The notes beneath the pieces were generated by a model. That model did not search any database, was not told the origin of the DNA, and was given only the letters and a program-made list of their open reading frames with translations. Both the position numbers and the translations under genes were made by a program. Below are positions 1-7,549 of a stretch of 18,321 nt of DNA, one piece after another. Source of the stretch: Candidatus Heimdallarchaeota archaeon. Lineage in GTDB: Archaea; Asgardarchaeota; Heimdallarchaeia; Heimdallarchaeales; Heimdallarchaeaceae. Each line of letters starts with the position of its first letter. The stretch's first letter is position 1. The stretch lies in contig DAOVET010000046.1 of assembly GCA_030668825.1 (NCBI GenBank), positions 1 through 18,321 of the forward strand, written 5' to 3'.

Positions 1-81
1 CCGAGGACTCAGCACATAACTCTAGCCCTTCTTTTGTTAAGATTATGAGTCCTGCGCTCTAGCCAGCTGAGCTACCGAGCC
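1..81 (-). tRNA. tRNA with CAT anticodon (probably elongator tRNA-Met; Ile2 not excluded): 5' exon plus part of an intron, 3' exon outside the window
   Basis: The minus strand reads GGCTCGG-TA-GCTCAGCTGGCTAGAGC-G-CAGGA-CT-CAT-A (acceptor 5' strand, D arm, anticodon 5' stem, anticodon at 47-45). After A37 (pos 44) it continues ATCTTAACAAAAG... rather than the expected ATCCTG, consistent with a canonical 37/38 archaeal intron. It lacks the initiator A1 and GGG/CCC anticodon stem. Confidence 0.85.
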
Positions 82-226
82 ATTTCTAAAACTGAACATG
101 AAATCTTGCTTTTAATTCTTTTGTTCTTAATCAAGCTTGAAGTTCATTTGAATATTTCTATTTTTTGAAGTAATTGATTGGGAAGCTAGAGTAGAAGAAG
201 AGCTTTAAAAACAGATTTTTCTTTTT

Positions 227-409
227 TCATAACCATTTATTCAAAACTTCTTCTGCTCCCTGTAATAGGTCTCCGAGCACCTTTTTATCTTCGTTTTCTT
301 CTAATTTCACCTTTCTATTCTCCAACCATCTGAATAGAGTAGCACTTAGCTGTTCTTCGAGTTCAGAGATAATACCGAATTTTATTCCGTAATCTGATTC
401 TTCTGTCAT
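227..409 (-). CDS. Small hypothetical protein (60 aa, MTEESDYGIK...VLNKWL)
   Basis: ORF with an in-frame ATG at 409 (the track uses TTG at 433). Charged, helix-like composition, co-oriented between rpl16 and the tRNA. No family recognised. Confidence 0.6.
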   Translation of the reverse strand: MTEESDYGIKFGIISELEEQLSATLFRWLENRKVKLEENEDKKVLGDLLQGAEEVLNKWL

Positions 410-539
410 TATACTCAACAAGTATTTTTTCAATATATTCTCTTGTAATTCCCCAGTAGTATTGAGAAATAACGTTACTATTATCTACTAATTCATAGAG
501 AAATCGATTAATAAAGACAAACTTCGTAACTTTAAGACT

Positions 540-565
540 AAAATAAATTAAATAAAAATAGTAAA
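540..565 (-). terminator. T-rich archaeal-type terminator after rpl16
   Basis: Minus strand CTTTACTATTTTTATTTAATTTATTTT just downstream of the stop codon. Confidence 0.4.
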
Positions 566-571
566 GGGTTA

Positions 572-1213
572 CTAATTTTGTTCTTCGCCAGGTTGCGCTT
601 CATCAACTTGTTCTTCACCCGCTTGCGCTTCATCTACTGGTTTTTTAATCTTTTGTATCACTTTTAAGAATTTTTTACCGGTCTTCTGCATTTCTTTTAC
701 GAGTTCTTCGCCTTTGCCTATCTTATATTTGCATGGAGTTGGAAATCGATCTGCTCCTCTTTTTAATGCATCGAGAGTTATATAGTAGTTTTCAACAGAT
801 GTTCTAACAGTAACTAGTTCTTGTCCCTCTTTTACTCTTGCAGCTCTATCTGTTGGTTTTCCAAAAGATCTTCTCATCCCATCTTGAATTCTATCAGCAC
901 CTGCTACTGCCATCATTTTATTTTCTCTTAGAATGTGATGTGGATGTATTCTAATTGTCATGTGATAGTTTTCAACTCCTAAGTGTCTTTGAAGGTGCCT
1001 GTTAACTGCGATTCTTGTAGCTTCTAGAGCAGTATGTCTAATCTGACATCTATCTTTCGAAACAAGATGAACATGTAAAGGAAAATCCCCTTTTCTGTTT
1101 CCAGTATCATATGCCCTGATTCTTGAGTCAGGTGCTCCTCTAACATACTTTCCGACTCTTGTATTTGCTGGTCCTCTTACTCTTGTATAACATCTCGCTG
1201 GTCTTTTACCCAT
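572..1213 (-). CDS. rpl10e: 50S ribosomal protein uL16 (L10e), 213 aa, with C-terminal extension
   Basis: MGKRPARCY start; CQIRHTALEATRIAVNR and HILRENKMMAVAGADRIQDGMRRSFGKP are L10e/RPL10 signatures. Start placed at ATG 1213, preceded by AGGTAAGG. Confidence 0.97.
   Translation of the reverse strand: MGKRPARCYTRVRGPANTRVGKYVRGAPDSRIRAYDTGNRKGDFPLHVHLVSKDRCQIRHTALEATRIAVNRHLQRHLGVENYHMTIRIHPHHILRENKMMAVAGADRIQDGMRRSFGKPTDRAARVKEGQELVTVRTSVENYYITLDALKRGADRFPTPCKYKIGKGEELVKEMQKTGKKFLKVIQKIKKPVDEAQAGEEQVDEAQPGEEQN
578..637. repeat. Tandem 2 x 30-bp repeat in the rpl16 3' end (VDEAQAGEEQ / VDEAQPGEEQ)
   Basis: 578-607 and 608-637 match at 26 of 30 positions. Confidence 0.9.
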
Positions 1214-1229
1214 TTTTTTCAACCTTACC

Positions 1230-1799
1230 TTATCTAGCTGATAGAGCAATTCTCTCTATCTCTTGTTTCTTCTTAACTGCTGCGCTAGCTTGATCGCCAG
1301 TTGCTGCAACTACTAGTTCCTCAGCAACAACTTCTTCAACACTTTTGATGTTATTAAAGCTCTTTTGTTTTATCGCATTAGCCATGAATCTCAATGATAA
1401 GTCAACCCTTCTCAGTGGTGATACATCAACTGCTATATGTTGTGCTACTCCACCATAAGTTAAACGAGTTGTTTCTTCTCTTGGTGCCACATTACAAATT
1501 GCATCTACAAGAACTTGAACAGGATTCTTTCCAGTTCTTTCACCTATAATTTCAAATGCAACTCTAACAATGTTTATTGCTCTTTGTTTCTTTCCGGCAT
1601 TCTTTCCTTTTCTCATTAATTTGTTAATGAATCTTTCAACAATATTCATTTCTGCTTTTTTGAAACGTTGAACCTGGTATCTTCCACCAGAATGAGGGAA
1701 ATATACTGGTTTAAGAGAGATGTATCTTTTTAACCCTACGTCAGATACCTCTACTTCACTTAAATCCCATTTACCGAAGAGCCTAATTTCGTCACTCAT
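1230..1799 (-). CDS. rps7: 30S ribosomal protein uS7 (archaeal S7 / eukaryotic S5 type)
   Basis: LFGKW, PHSGGRY, IVERFINKLMR, NPVQVLVDAI, APREE, AVDVSPLRRVD and KKQEIERIALSAR motifs. Confidence 0.98.
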   Translation of the reverse strand: MSDEIRLFGKWDLSEVEVSDVGLKRYISLKPVYFPHSGGRYQVQRFKKAEMNIVERFINKLMRKGKNAGKKQRAINIVRVAFEIIGERTGKNPVQVLVDAICNVAPREETTRLTYGGVAQHIAVDVSPLRRVDLSLRFMANAIKQKSFNNIKSVEEVVAEELVVAATGDQASAAVKKKQEIERIALSAR

Positions 1800-1887
1800 T
1801 TTGAATCCTCTTCAACTAATTTAGCAAACCAAGTTTCGTTTAAAAATCTAATGTTGAAAGACAGAATACACTAAAGTAGTAATAGTT

Positions 1888-1907
1888 AAAGAAAAAAAGA
1901 GAAAAGA
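1888..1907 (-). terminator. T-rich terminator after PAP2 gene 1
   Basis: Minus strand TCTTTTCTCTTTTTTTCTTT just after the stop at 1916. Confidence 0.5.
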
Positions 1908-1915
1908 TTCTCTGA

Positions 1916-2920
1916 TTATAAGTTAAGTTTCTTCATTATCCAAGGTAGTAAAAGAATGAATATTGGTCCCAACAGTGCATAGATAACTAAATCTAATATC
2001 ATCTTCAGAGTTGTTAATGGATCAGGATCAAAGAATTCACCATAGAGGTAAACACCTGCAAGGACTACAATACCTAATAGTACTCTGAGTATCCATTTCC
2101 ACCATTTCTCAATTCTATTATCGAAATTAACTAGTTTGCTTTCGATTGCATATGATATAGAAACTGTTGTAAAGATAGCAACGTACTTTAAATTACCTAT
2201 TATTGATTCCAAGCCTGTACTTGGGATCTTATAATGTAATAACACTATAGGTATAGCAAATACAATTCCCACAGCAATGCTCCATAGGATTTTTACTGTT
2301 ATAGATTTGTTCTCAAAATAGTTCTCTATTGGGTTCAATACAACTAGGAATATTGCTAATATAATCAACCCAATTCCGAATCCCATTAGAACATCAGTAA
2401 ACCAGTGCACAGCAAGATAAATTCTAGAGAAGGCAATTAAAAGTGGTAACGCAATTGAAACTATTAACATTCCCCACTTAACAACAAAAGAACAAAGTAC
2501 ACCCCAAAGAGTAGTGCTCAGTTGAGCGTGTCCGCTTGGCAAACCAAAAGTTGTTTCTTTTATTGTGTGTCCAAAAGTGTCATCAGGTCTAGGTAATTTA
2601 AAGGCAGCCTTTGTAGAAGCATTTACCACTCTTGTTGTCACAAGAGCTACTATTGCTCTGTATGCTTTCTTTTTATCCCATACATAGTATAAGATAACTA
2701 AAATAGCTAGGTAAACAATTGCATTTCCCAAAAAAGTAACTATTTTCATTATTGTAGTACCTGTTCCTGTACTGTTGTTTAAGAAAAACTCAGATATTTT
2801 ATAATCCAAAGAACTTACTCCTCTTAAAGGATCATTTGCATATACAAGCACCAACGCAACTACTATGAGAGCTGCTCCTACTGATGACATGATAATTGCA
2901 ATTAAATTCCGTGTTTTCAT
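1916..2920 (-). CDS. PAP2-family integral membrane phosphatase (paralog 1)
   Basis: All three PAP2 motifs: KAAFKLPRP, PSGH, SRIYLAVHWFTD. Many hydrophobic segments, including a C-terminal multi-TM region. Confidence 0.93.
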   Translation of the reverse strand: MKTRNLIAIIMSSVGAALIVVALVLVYANDPLRGVSSLDYKISEFFLNNSTGTGTTIMKIVTFLGNAIVYLAILVILYYVWDKKKAYRAIVALVTTRVVNASTKAAFKLPRPDDTFGHTIKETTFGLPSGHAQLSTTLWGVLCSFVVKWGMLIVSIALPLLIAFSRIYLAVHWFTDVLMGFGIGLIILAIFLVVLNPIENYFENKSITVKILWSIAVGIVFAIPIVLLHYKIPSTGLESIIGNLKYVAIFTTVSISYAIESKLVNFDNRIEKWWKWILRVLLGIVVLAGVYLYGEFFDPDPLTTLKMILDLVIYALLGPIFILLLPWIMKKLNL

Positions 2921-2975
2921 AATAGTAAAACTAGAGCAAAGAAATACTTAAGGTTGTTGAGCTTTGTTTTTTCTC

Positions 2976-3050
2976 AGTGCATTATTTTCGTATTATTTGC
3001 GTGGTGTTGTTTCCGACATTATCCCCAGAACCCCCTTTGTCAAAGCTTCT
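2976..3050. repeat. 75-bp direct repeat, copy 1 (upstream of PAP2 paralog 1)
   Basis: Ungapped alignment to 4277-4351 with 66/75 identities, counted by eye. Confidence 0.9.
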
Positions 3051-3167
3051 ATCTTCCTTTTTCTTTATTTTTATTGATACGATTATAACAGCCACAACTA
3101 TCATTGCAGCCCCTACTGATTCCCATGTTTTAGGTATTGTACTAAAGAAAGCCCTCCTTAAATTCAT
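2982..3167 (-). pseudogene. Probable C-terminal remnant of an EamA/DMT-like transporter (last TM helix plus tail), or a small membrane protein
   Basis: FFSTIPKTWESVGAAMIVVAVIIVS resembles the final 'F.E.P..W...G..lI..gv' helix of DMT/EamA proteins. The ATG directly abuts the stop of the upstream PAP2 gene. Confidence 0.55.
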
Positions 3168-4217
3168 CTATATTTTTAATTTCATCATTACCCAGGGAGC
3201 AAGAAGAATAACTACTGGACCAAGAATTGCGTATCTTATCAAATCAAGTGTCAATTCTATTCCATTCCATCCAACATTGATAATTATTAAACCAAATAAT
3301 TCAGATAAGCTGAAATAGAAAGCAGCAAAGAAGGCAGCACCTATTAAGATTCTTACAAAATACTTCCACCATTTGTCAATATCTGTATGAAAGTTTACTA
3401 ATTTACCTTCTATTGCATAGGATATAGAAACTGTTGTGAAGATAGTTATCAGTTTCAAAGATTCAGAGATAAGCTCAGAATCATTTTTAACTCTATTGTA
3501 TTGGAGGAAAATTACAGGTATTGCGAAAACAATGAACATTGTGATACAAAGAAGTATTTTAACAAATGTTGTTCTAGAATCTATAAAGTTCTCAACTGGA
3601 TCTTTGATAAAAAGGTATATTGCTAGGATTATTAACGCTATTCCAAGTCCCATAATCACATCTGTAAACCAATGTTCTCTGAGAGCAATTCTGGAAAAAC
3701 CAATTAGAAATGCAAGAATTGATCCAACTACAACCAGCCACCATTTTTTGATAAGAATCATCAAAGAACCCAAGAAAGTCGTACTCATTTGAGTATGACC
3801 ACTTGGTATTCCTGATGAAATTTCATCAGTAGATGAAAATAATGTTTCTTCTGGATTATGACCATATTGTAAACTTGTTTCTGGTCGATCTAGATTAAAC
3901 GCAGCTTTAGTTGAAATGTTTATTACTGATGAAGTTACCAACAAAGTCATTGCTCTGTAAGTTTTCTTTTTATCATAGAGATAATAAAGTAGAAGCAAAA
4001 TTCCAATATAAACTGAAGCTTTCCCAAGGAAGGAAATGACGTACAAAATACCTCCAAATACTTTACTTCTATTGTTGTAGAAGAAATTTGTTAGAGGTTC
4101 ATCAACAGGATTATTATGAGTTAAAGGGTCGAAACTGTATACTACGATAATTGCTGCTATAATAAAAACAACACCTAGAAAAATCAAAGTAATAGCAATT
4201 ACGTTGCGTTTTTTCAT
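3168..4217 (-). CDS. PAP2-family integral membrane phosphatase (paralog 2)
   Basis: KAAFNLDRP, PSGH and SRIALREHWFTD motifs. Collinear with paralog 1, sharing DKKKxYRA and IFTTVSISYAIE. Confidence 0.93.
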   Translation of the reverse strand: MKKRNVIAITLIFLGVVFIIAAIIVVYSFDPLTHNNPVDEPLTNFFYNNRSKVFGGILYVISFLGKASVYIGILLLLYYLYDKKKTYRAMTLLVTSSVINISTKAAFNLDRPETSLQYGHNPEETLFSSTDEISSGIPSGHTQMSTTFLGSLMILIKKWWLVVVGSILAFLIGFSRIALREHWFTDVIMGLGIALIILAIYLFIKDPVENFIDSRTTFVKILLCITMFIVFAIPVIFLQYNRVKNDSELISESLKLITIFTTVSISYAIEGKLVNFHTDIDKWWKYFVRILIGAAFFAAFYFSLSELFGLIIINVGWNGIELTLDLIRYAILGPVVILLAPWVMMKLKI

Positions 4218-4276
4218 AATTGCACAGTTTAATTACAGAAATAATTAAACCTTTTGTGATAATTTTTCTTCTACAT

Positions 4277-4351
4277 AGTGCATTATTTTCGTATTATTTG
4301 TGTGGTATTGTTTCCAACATGATCTCTAGAATTCCCTTTCTCAAAGCTTCT
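4277..4351. repeat. 75-bp direct repeat, copy 2 (upstream of PAP2 paralog 2); the minus strand encodes RSFEKGNSRDHVGNNTTQIIRK*
   Basis: 66/75 identical to 2976-3050, which encodes RSFDKGGSGDNVGNNTTQIIRK*. Similarity ends at about 4352. Confidence 0.9.
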
Positions 4352-4483
4352 CATCTCTTTTTCACAACCTACTTGGAATGGCAATTTGAATAATATATTT
4401 TATCACTCACCCCATCTAATTGAAACTATAATTATTGGGAAAAAATAAAATAGGATTAACAGAAGTACAGAGCTGTGATCAAA

Positions 4484-5251
4484 ATGAGTATGTATAAAGA
4501 TCTTGAAGGGGAAAGAGTTGTGGTTACTGGGGGAGCTAGTGGTATTGGATTGGCAACTGCCCAACGATTTGTTAATGAAGGCTCAAAGGTTGTTATCATT
4601 GATTGGAATAAAGAAGAGTTAACTAAAGTTTTATCTCTTATTCCTGAACTCAAAGGAGGGGTGTATGCTGATGTCAGTAATCCAGAAGATGTTAAACTTG
4701 CGTTTGAAAAAATAGATGAAATTCTGGGAGGTATTGATATTCTAATTTCAAATGCAGGAATAAGTTATCGCAACTCATTTTTGAAGATTGATTATGAACA
4801 ATGGTCCAAAGTTCTTCGTGTAAATTTAGATGGGATGTTCCTTTGTTCCAAAGAAGCAATAACAAGAATGAAAAAACAACAATCAGGAGTTGTTTTACTA
4901 ACTGCTTCCACTAATGGAATTGAAGGACATCCGCTATATGCTGATTATAATAGTTCAAAGGCAGGAGTTATCCTCCTAGCCAAATCGTTAGCTCTAGAAT
5001 TTGCTCCATGGTTACGAGTAAATGCCATTTGTCCAGGTTATGTTCTTACGCCTATGCAAAAAGCAGAATATACACCTGAAATGTTGGAAGTGGTTAATTC
5101 AAAAATACCTTTGAACCGTCATGCAGCCCCAGAGGAAGTAGCTAGTTTATTCGCATTTTTATCCTCATCAGAAGCCGCATATATTACAGGACAAGCAATA
5201 GCTATTGATGGTGGAGAAACAGCTGGACCATATACACCGCTAGACGAGTAA
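4484..5251 (+). CDS. Classical short-chain dehydrogenase/reductase (SDR 1)
   Basis: TGGASGIG, ISNAG, catalytic YNSSK, RVNAICPG, ITGQAIAIDGG. The Asp at the end of beta2 (IID) suggests NAD(H) preference. ATG at 4484 or 4490. Confidence 0.95.
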   Translation: MSMYKDLEGERVVVTGGASGIGLATAQRFVNEGSKVVIIDWNKEELTKVLSLIPELKGGVYADVSNPEDVKLAFEKIDEILGGIDILISNAGISYRNSFLKIDYEQWSKVLRVNLDGMFLCSKEAITRMKKQQSGVVLLTASTNGIEGHPLYADYNSSKAGVILLAKSLALEFAPWLRVNAICPGYVLTPMQKAEYTPEMLEVVNSKIPLNRHAAPEEVASLFAFLSSSEAAYITGQAIAIDGGETAGPYTPLDE

Positions 5252-5295
5252 TTTAGTAAATTATTGGATTAAAAGCAATTAAGGAAGTAAAACTC

Positions 5296-6087
5296 ATGAA
5301 CAATAAAAACAATCGGATTTCAAACATGGTTTCTTTGGAGGGTAAAGTTGCACTTGTTACAGGTGCAGCATCTGGCATCGGGTTAGCAACTGCAGAATTA
5401 CTTGCAGAAGCAGGTGCTATTGTAGCATTACTTGACATTAATGAAAAAAATGGTATTAATGCCGCTAATCAGATTAATGAGTCAGAAGGAAAAGCTAAGT
5501 TTTTCTTATGTGAAGTAACTTCTGATTCTGATTGTAAGAAAACTGTTGAAGTGATTCACAAAGAATTTGGGAAAATTGATATTCTTTTCAACAACGCAGG
5601 TGTGATTCGTCGAAAAACTGTTCTAGATTTAGAGGAAGAAGAATGGGATTTAACAATTGATGTTAACTTGAAGTCGATTTATTTGCTTTCTCGGCAGGTT
5701 ATCCCTATTATGATTAAATGTAACGGGGGGAGTATTATCAACAATGGATCTGGCTGGGGTATAAAAGGCGGATCTGATGCAGTGGCTTACTGTGCAGCAA
5801 AAGGAGGTGTTGTAAATATGACTCGAGCTATGGCAATTGATCATGGGAAACATGGGATCAGAGTCAACTGTGTATGCCCTGGGGATATTGATACTCCACT
5901 CTTGCGAGGAGAAGCAAAACAATTAGGTGTTGGTGACGAAGAGTTCATGCGAGAAGCTGCTGATCGACCTCTTAATCGTGTAGGTAAACCATTAGATGTA
6001 GCTAAAACAGTTCTCTATCTTGCTAGTGACCTTTCAAGCTGGGTAACTGGTACTTCCATAATTGTTGATGGTGGGGGTTTAGCTTAA
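5296..6087 (+). CDS. Classical short-chain dehydrogenase/reductase (SDR 2)
   Basis: TGAASGIG, FNNAG, catalytic S...YCAAK, RVNCVCPGDIDT, VTGTSIIVDGG. LLD suggests NAD(H). Confidence 0.95.
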   Translation: MNNKNNRISNMVSLEGKVALVTGAASGIGLATAELLAEAGAIVALLDINEKNGINAANQINESEGKAKFFLCEVTSDSDCKKTVEVIHKEFGKIDILFNNAGVIRRKTVLDLEEEEWDLTIDVNLKSIYLLSRQVIPIMIKCNGGSIINNGSGWGIKGGSDAVAYCAAKGGVVNMTRAMAIDHGKHGIRVNCVCPGDIDTPLLRGEAKQLGVGDEEFMREAADRPLNRVGKPLDVAKTVLYLASDLSSWVTGTSIIVDGGGLA

Positions 6088-6123
6088 TTTGAATTTCAAA
6101 GAAATTACATACTCGTTTATGTT

Positions 6124-6129
6124 GGAGGT
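6124..6129 (+). promoter_or_regulatory. Shine-Dalgarno sequence of the gcvPA-like gene
   Basis: GGAGGT 7 nt before ATG 6137. A similar GGAGG at 7534-7538 precedes the gcvPB-like ATG. Confidence 0.7.
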
Positions 6130-6136
6130 ATAATTT

Positions 6137-7549
6137 ATGAATAAAAAGAGAAATTTGGTTCACCCTTACATTCCAAATTCTGTTCCAGAAATAAAGCAAC
6201 AAATGTTGGAAGAGATTGGTGTTAAGGATATTGACACCCTATATGAAGACATCCCAGAGGATTTGAGATTTACAGGTGAGATGAATTTACCAGATCCCCT
6301 TCCTTCAGAATATGCTTTAGAAAGGCATGTTAGTCAACTATTAGCAAAAAATCAAACATGTCAAGAAAATCTTAGTTTCTTAGGAGGAGATTGTTGGCAA
6401 CATTATGTTCCTGCAATATGTGATGAAATCAATCAACGCTCGGAATTTTTAACCGCTTATGCAGGTGAGCCCTATGAAGATCATGGAAGATTTCAAACAC
6501 TTTTCGAATATGCTAGTATGATGGGAGAACTTCTAGATATGGATGTTGTAAATGTACCAACATATGATTGGGGGCAAGCTGCTAGTACTTCTATAAGAAT
6601 GGCTGCAAGAATTACAAAACGCACTGAAGCATTAGTTGCAGAATCAATCTCACCAGATAGGTTGTTAATAATCAGAAATTACTGTAAGCCAATTATAAAA
6701 ATTGAATTGGTTAAATATGATAAAAAAACTGGAAAACTTGATATTGATGATTTAAAAGCAAAAATATCATCTAATACAGCAGGTATCTATTTTGAGAATC
6801 CTTCATATCTTGGTTGTATAGAAGATCAAGGTAAGATTATCTCAGATATTGCTCATACACATGGTGCATTAAGTCTTATTGGAGTTGATCCAATTTCTTT
6901 GGGAATATTGATTCCTCCAAGTAACTATGGAGCAGATATTGTTTGTGGGGACATCCAAGGATTAGGTATGCATATGCAATATGGTGGAAGTCTTGCAGGT
7001 TTTATTGCGACTAGGGATGAAGAAAGGTTTGTGATGGAGTATCCTTCACGTCTTTTTGGGATAACTACTACAGCTGTTGAGGGTGAGCATGGTTTTGGTG
7101 ATGTAACTTATGACCGAACATCCTTTCATGATAGAATTGAAGGCAAGGAGTTCATTGGTACAGCAGCTGCTTTGTGGGGGATTACTGCAGGTGTGTATTT
7201 GGCGCTAGTTGGACCACAGGGCATTCAAGAATTAGGAAAATTAATCATGCAAAAGTCACAATATGCTATGAAGAAACTTTCAGAGATTGAAGGAGTAAGC
7301 ATTCCATTCTATGCGTCATCTCACTTCAAAGAATTTGTTGTAGACTTTAGTACCTCTAGTAAAATGGTTAAAGAAGTGAATAAGGCTTTACTAGAAGAAG
7401 GTATTTTTGGTGGAAAAGATATTTCAAAGGAGTTTCCAGAATTGGGGAACTGTGCTGTTTATTGTATTACTGAGATTCATACCAAGGAAGATATTGATAG
7501 ACTTGTCCATGCGGTGGATGAATGTTTGAAAAAGGAGGAACCAAAATGA
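6137..7549 (+). CDS. gcvPA: Glycine decarboxylase P-protein subunit 1-like protein (divergent clade)
   Basis: HPYIP N-terminus, SFLG, HYVPA, RSEFLTAY, ENPSYLG, GADIVCGDIQGLG, FKEFVV, CITEIHTKEDIDRL. The canonical TPYQPE and REQHIRREKATSNIC motifs are replaced. Confidence 0.9.
   Translation: MNKKRNLVHPYIPNSVPEIKQQMLEEIGVKDIDTLYEDIPEDLRFTGEMNLPDPLPSEYALERHVSQLLAKNQTCQENLSFLGGDCWQHYVPAICDEINQRSEFLTAYAGEPYEDHGRFQTLFEYASMMGELLDMDVVNVPTYDWGQAASTSIRMAARITKRTEALVAESISPDRLLIIRNYCKPIIKIELVKYDKKTGKLDIDDLKAKISSNTAGIYFENPSYLGCIEDQGKIISDIAHTHGALSLIGVDPISLGILIPPSNYGADIVCGDIQGLGMHMQYGGSLAGFIATRDEERFVMEYPSRLFGITTTAVEGEHGFGDVTYDRTSFHDRIEGKEFIGTAAALWGITAGVYLALVGPQGIQELGKLIMQKSQYAMKKLSEIEGVSIPFYASSHFKEFVVDFSTSSKMVKEVNKALLEEGIFGGKDISKEFPELGNCAVYCITEIHTKEDIDRLVHAVDECLKKEEPK

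Noticed and set aside
1214-1249. Upstream TTG start for uL16 overlapping rps7 (likewise the extended starts at 4475 and 7522)
   Set aside because: Downstream ATGs match the family N-terminus (MGKRPA) and/or have better SD placement.
2977-3792. Plus-strand ORFs 2977-3318 and 3436-3792
   Set aside because: Antisense shadows of the PAP2 gene and EamA-like remnant; no recognisable motifs.
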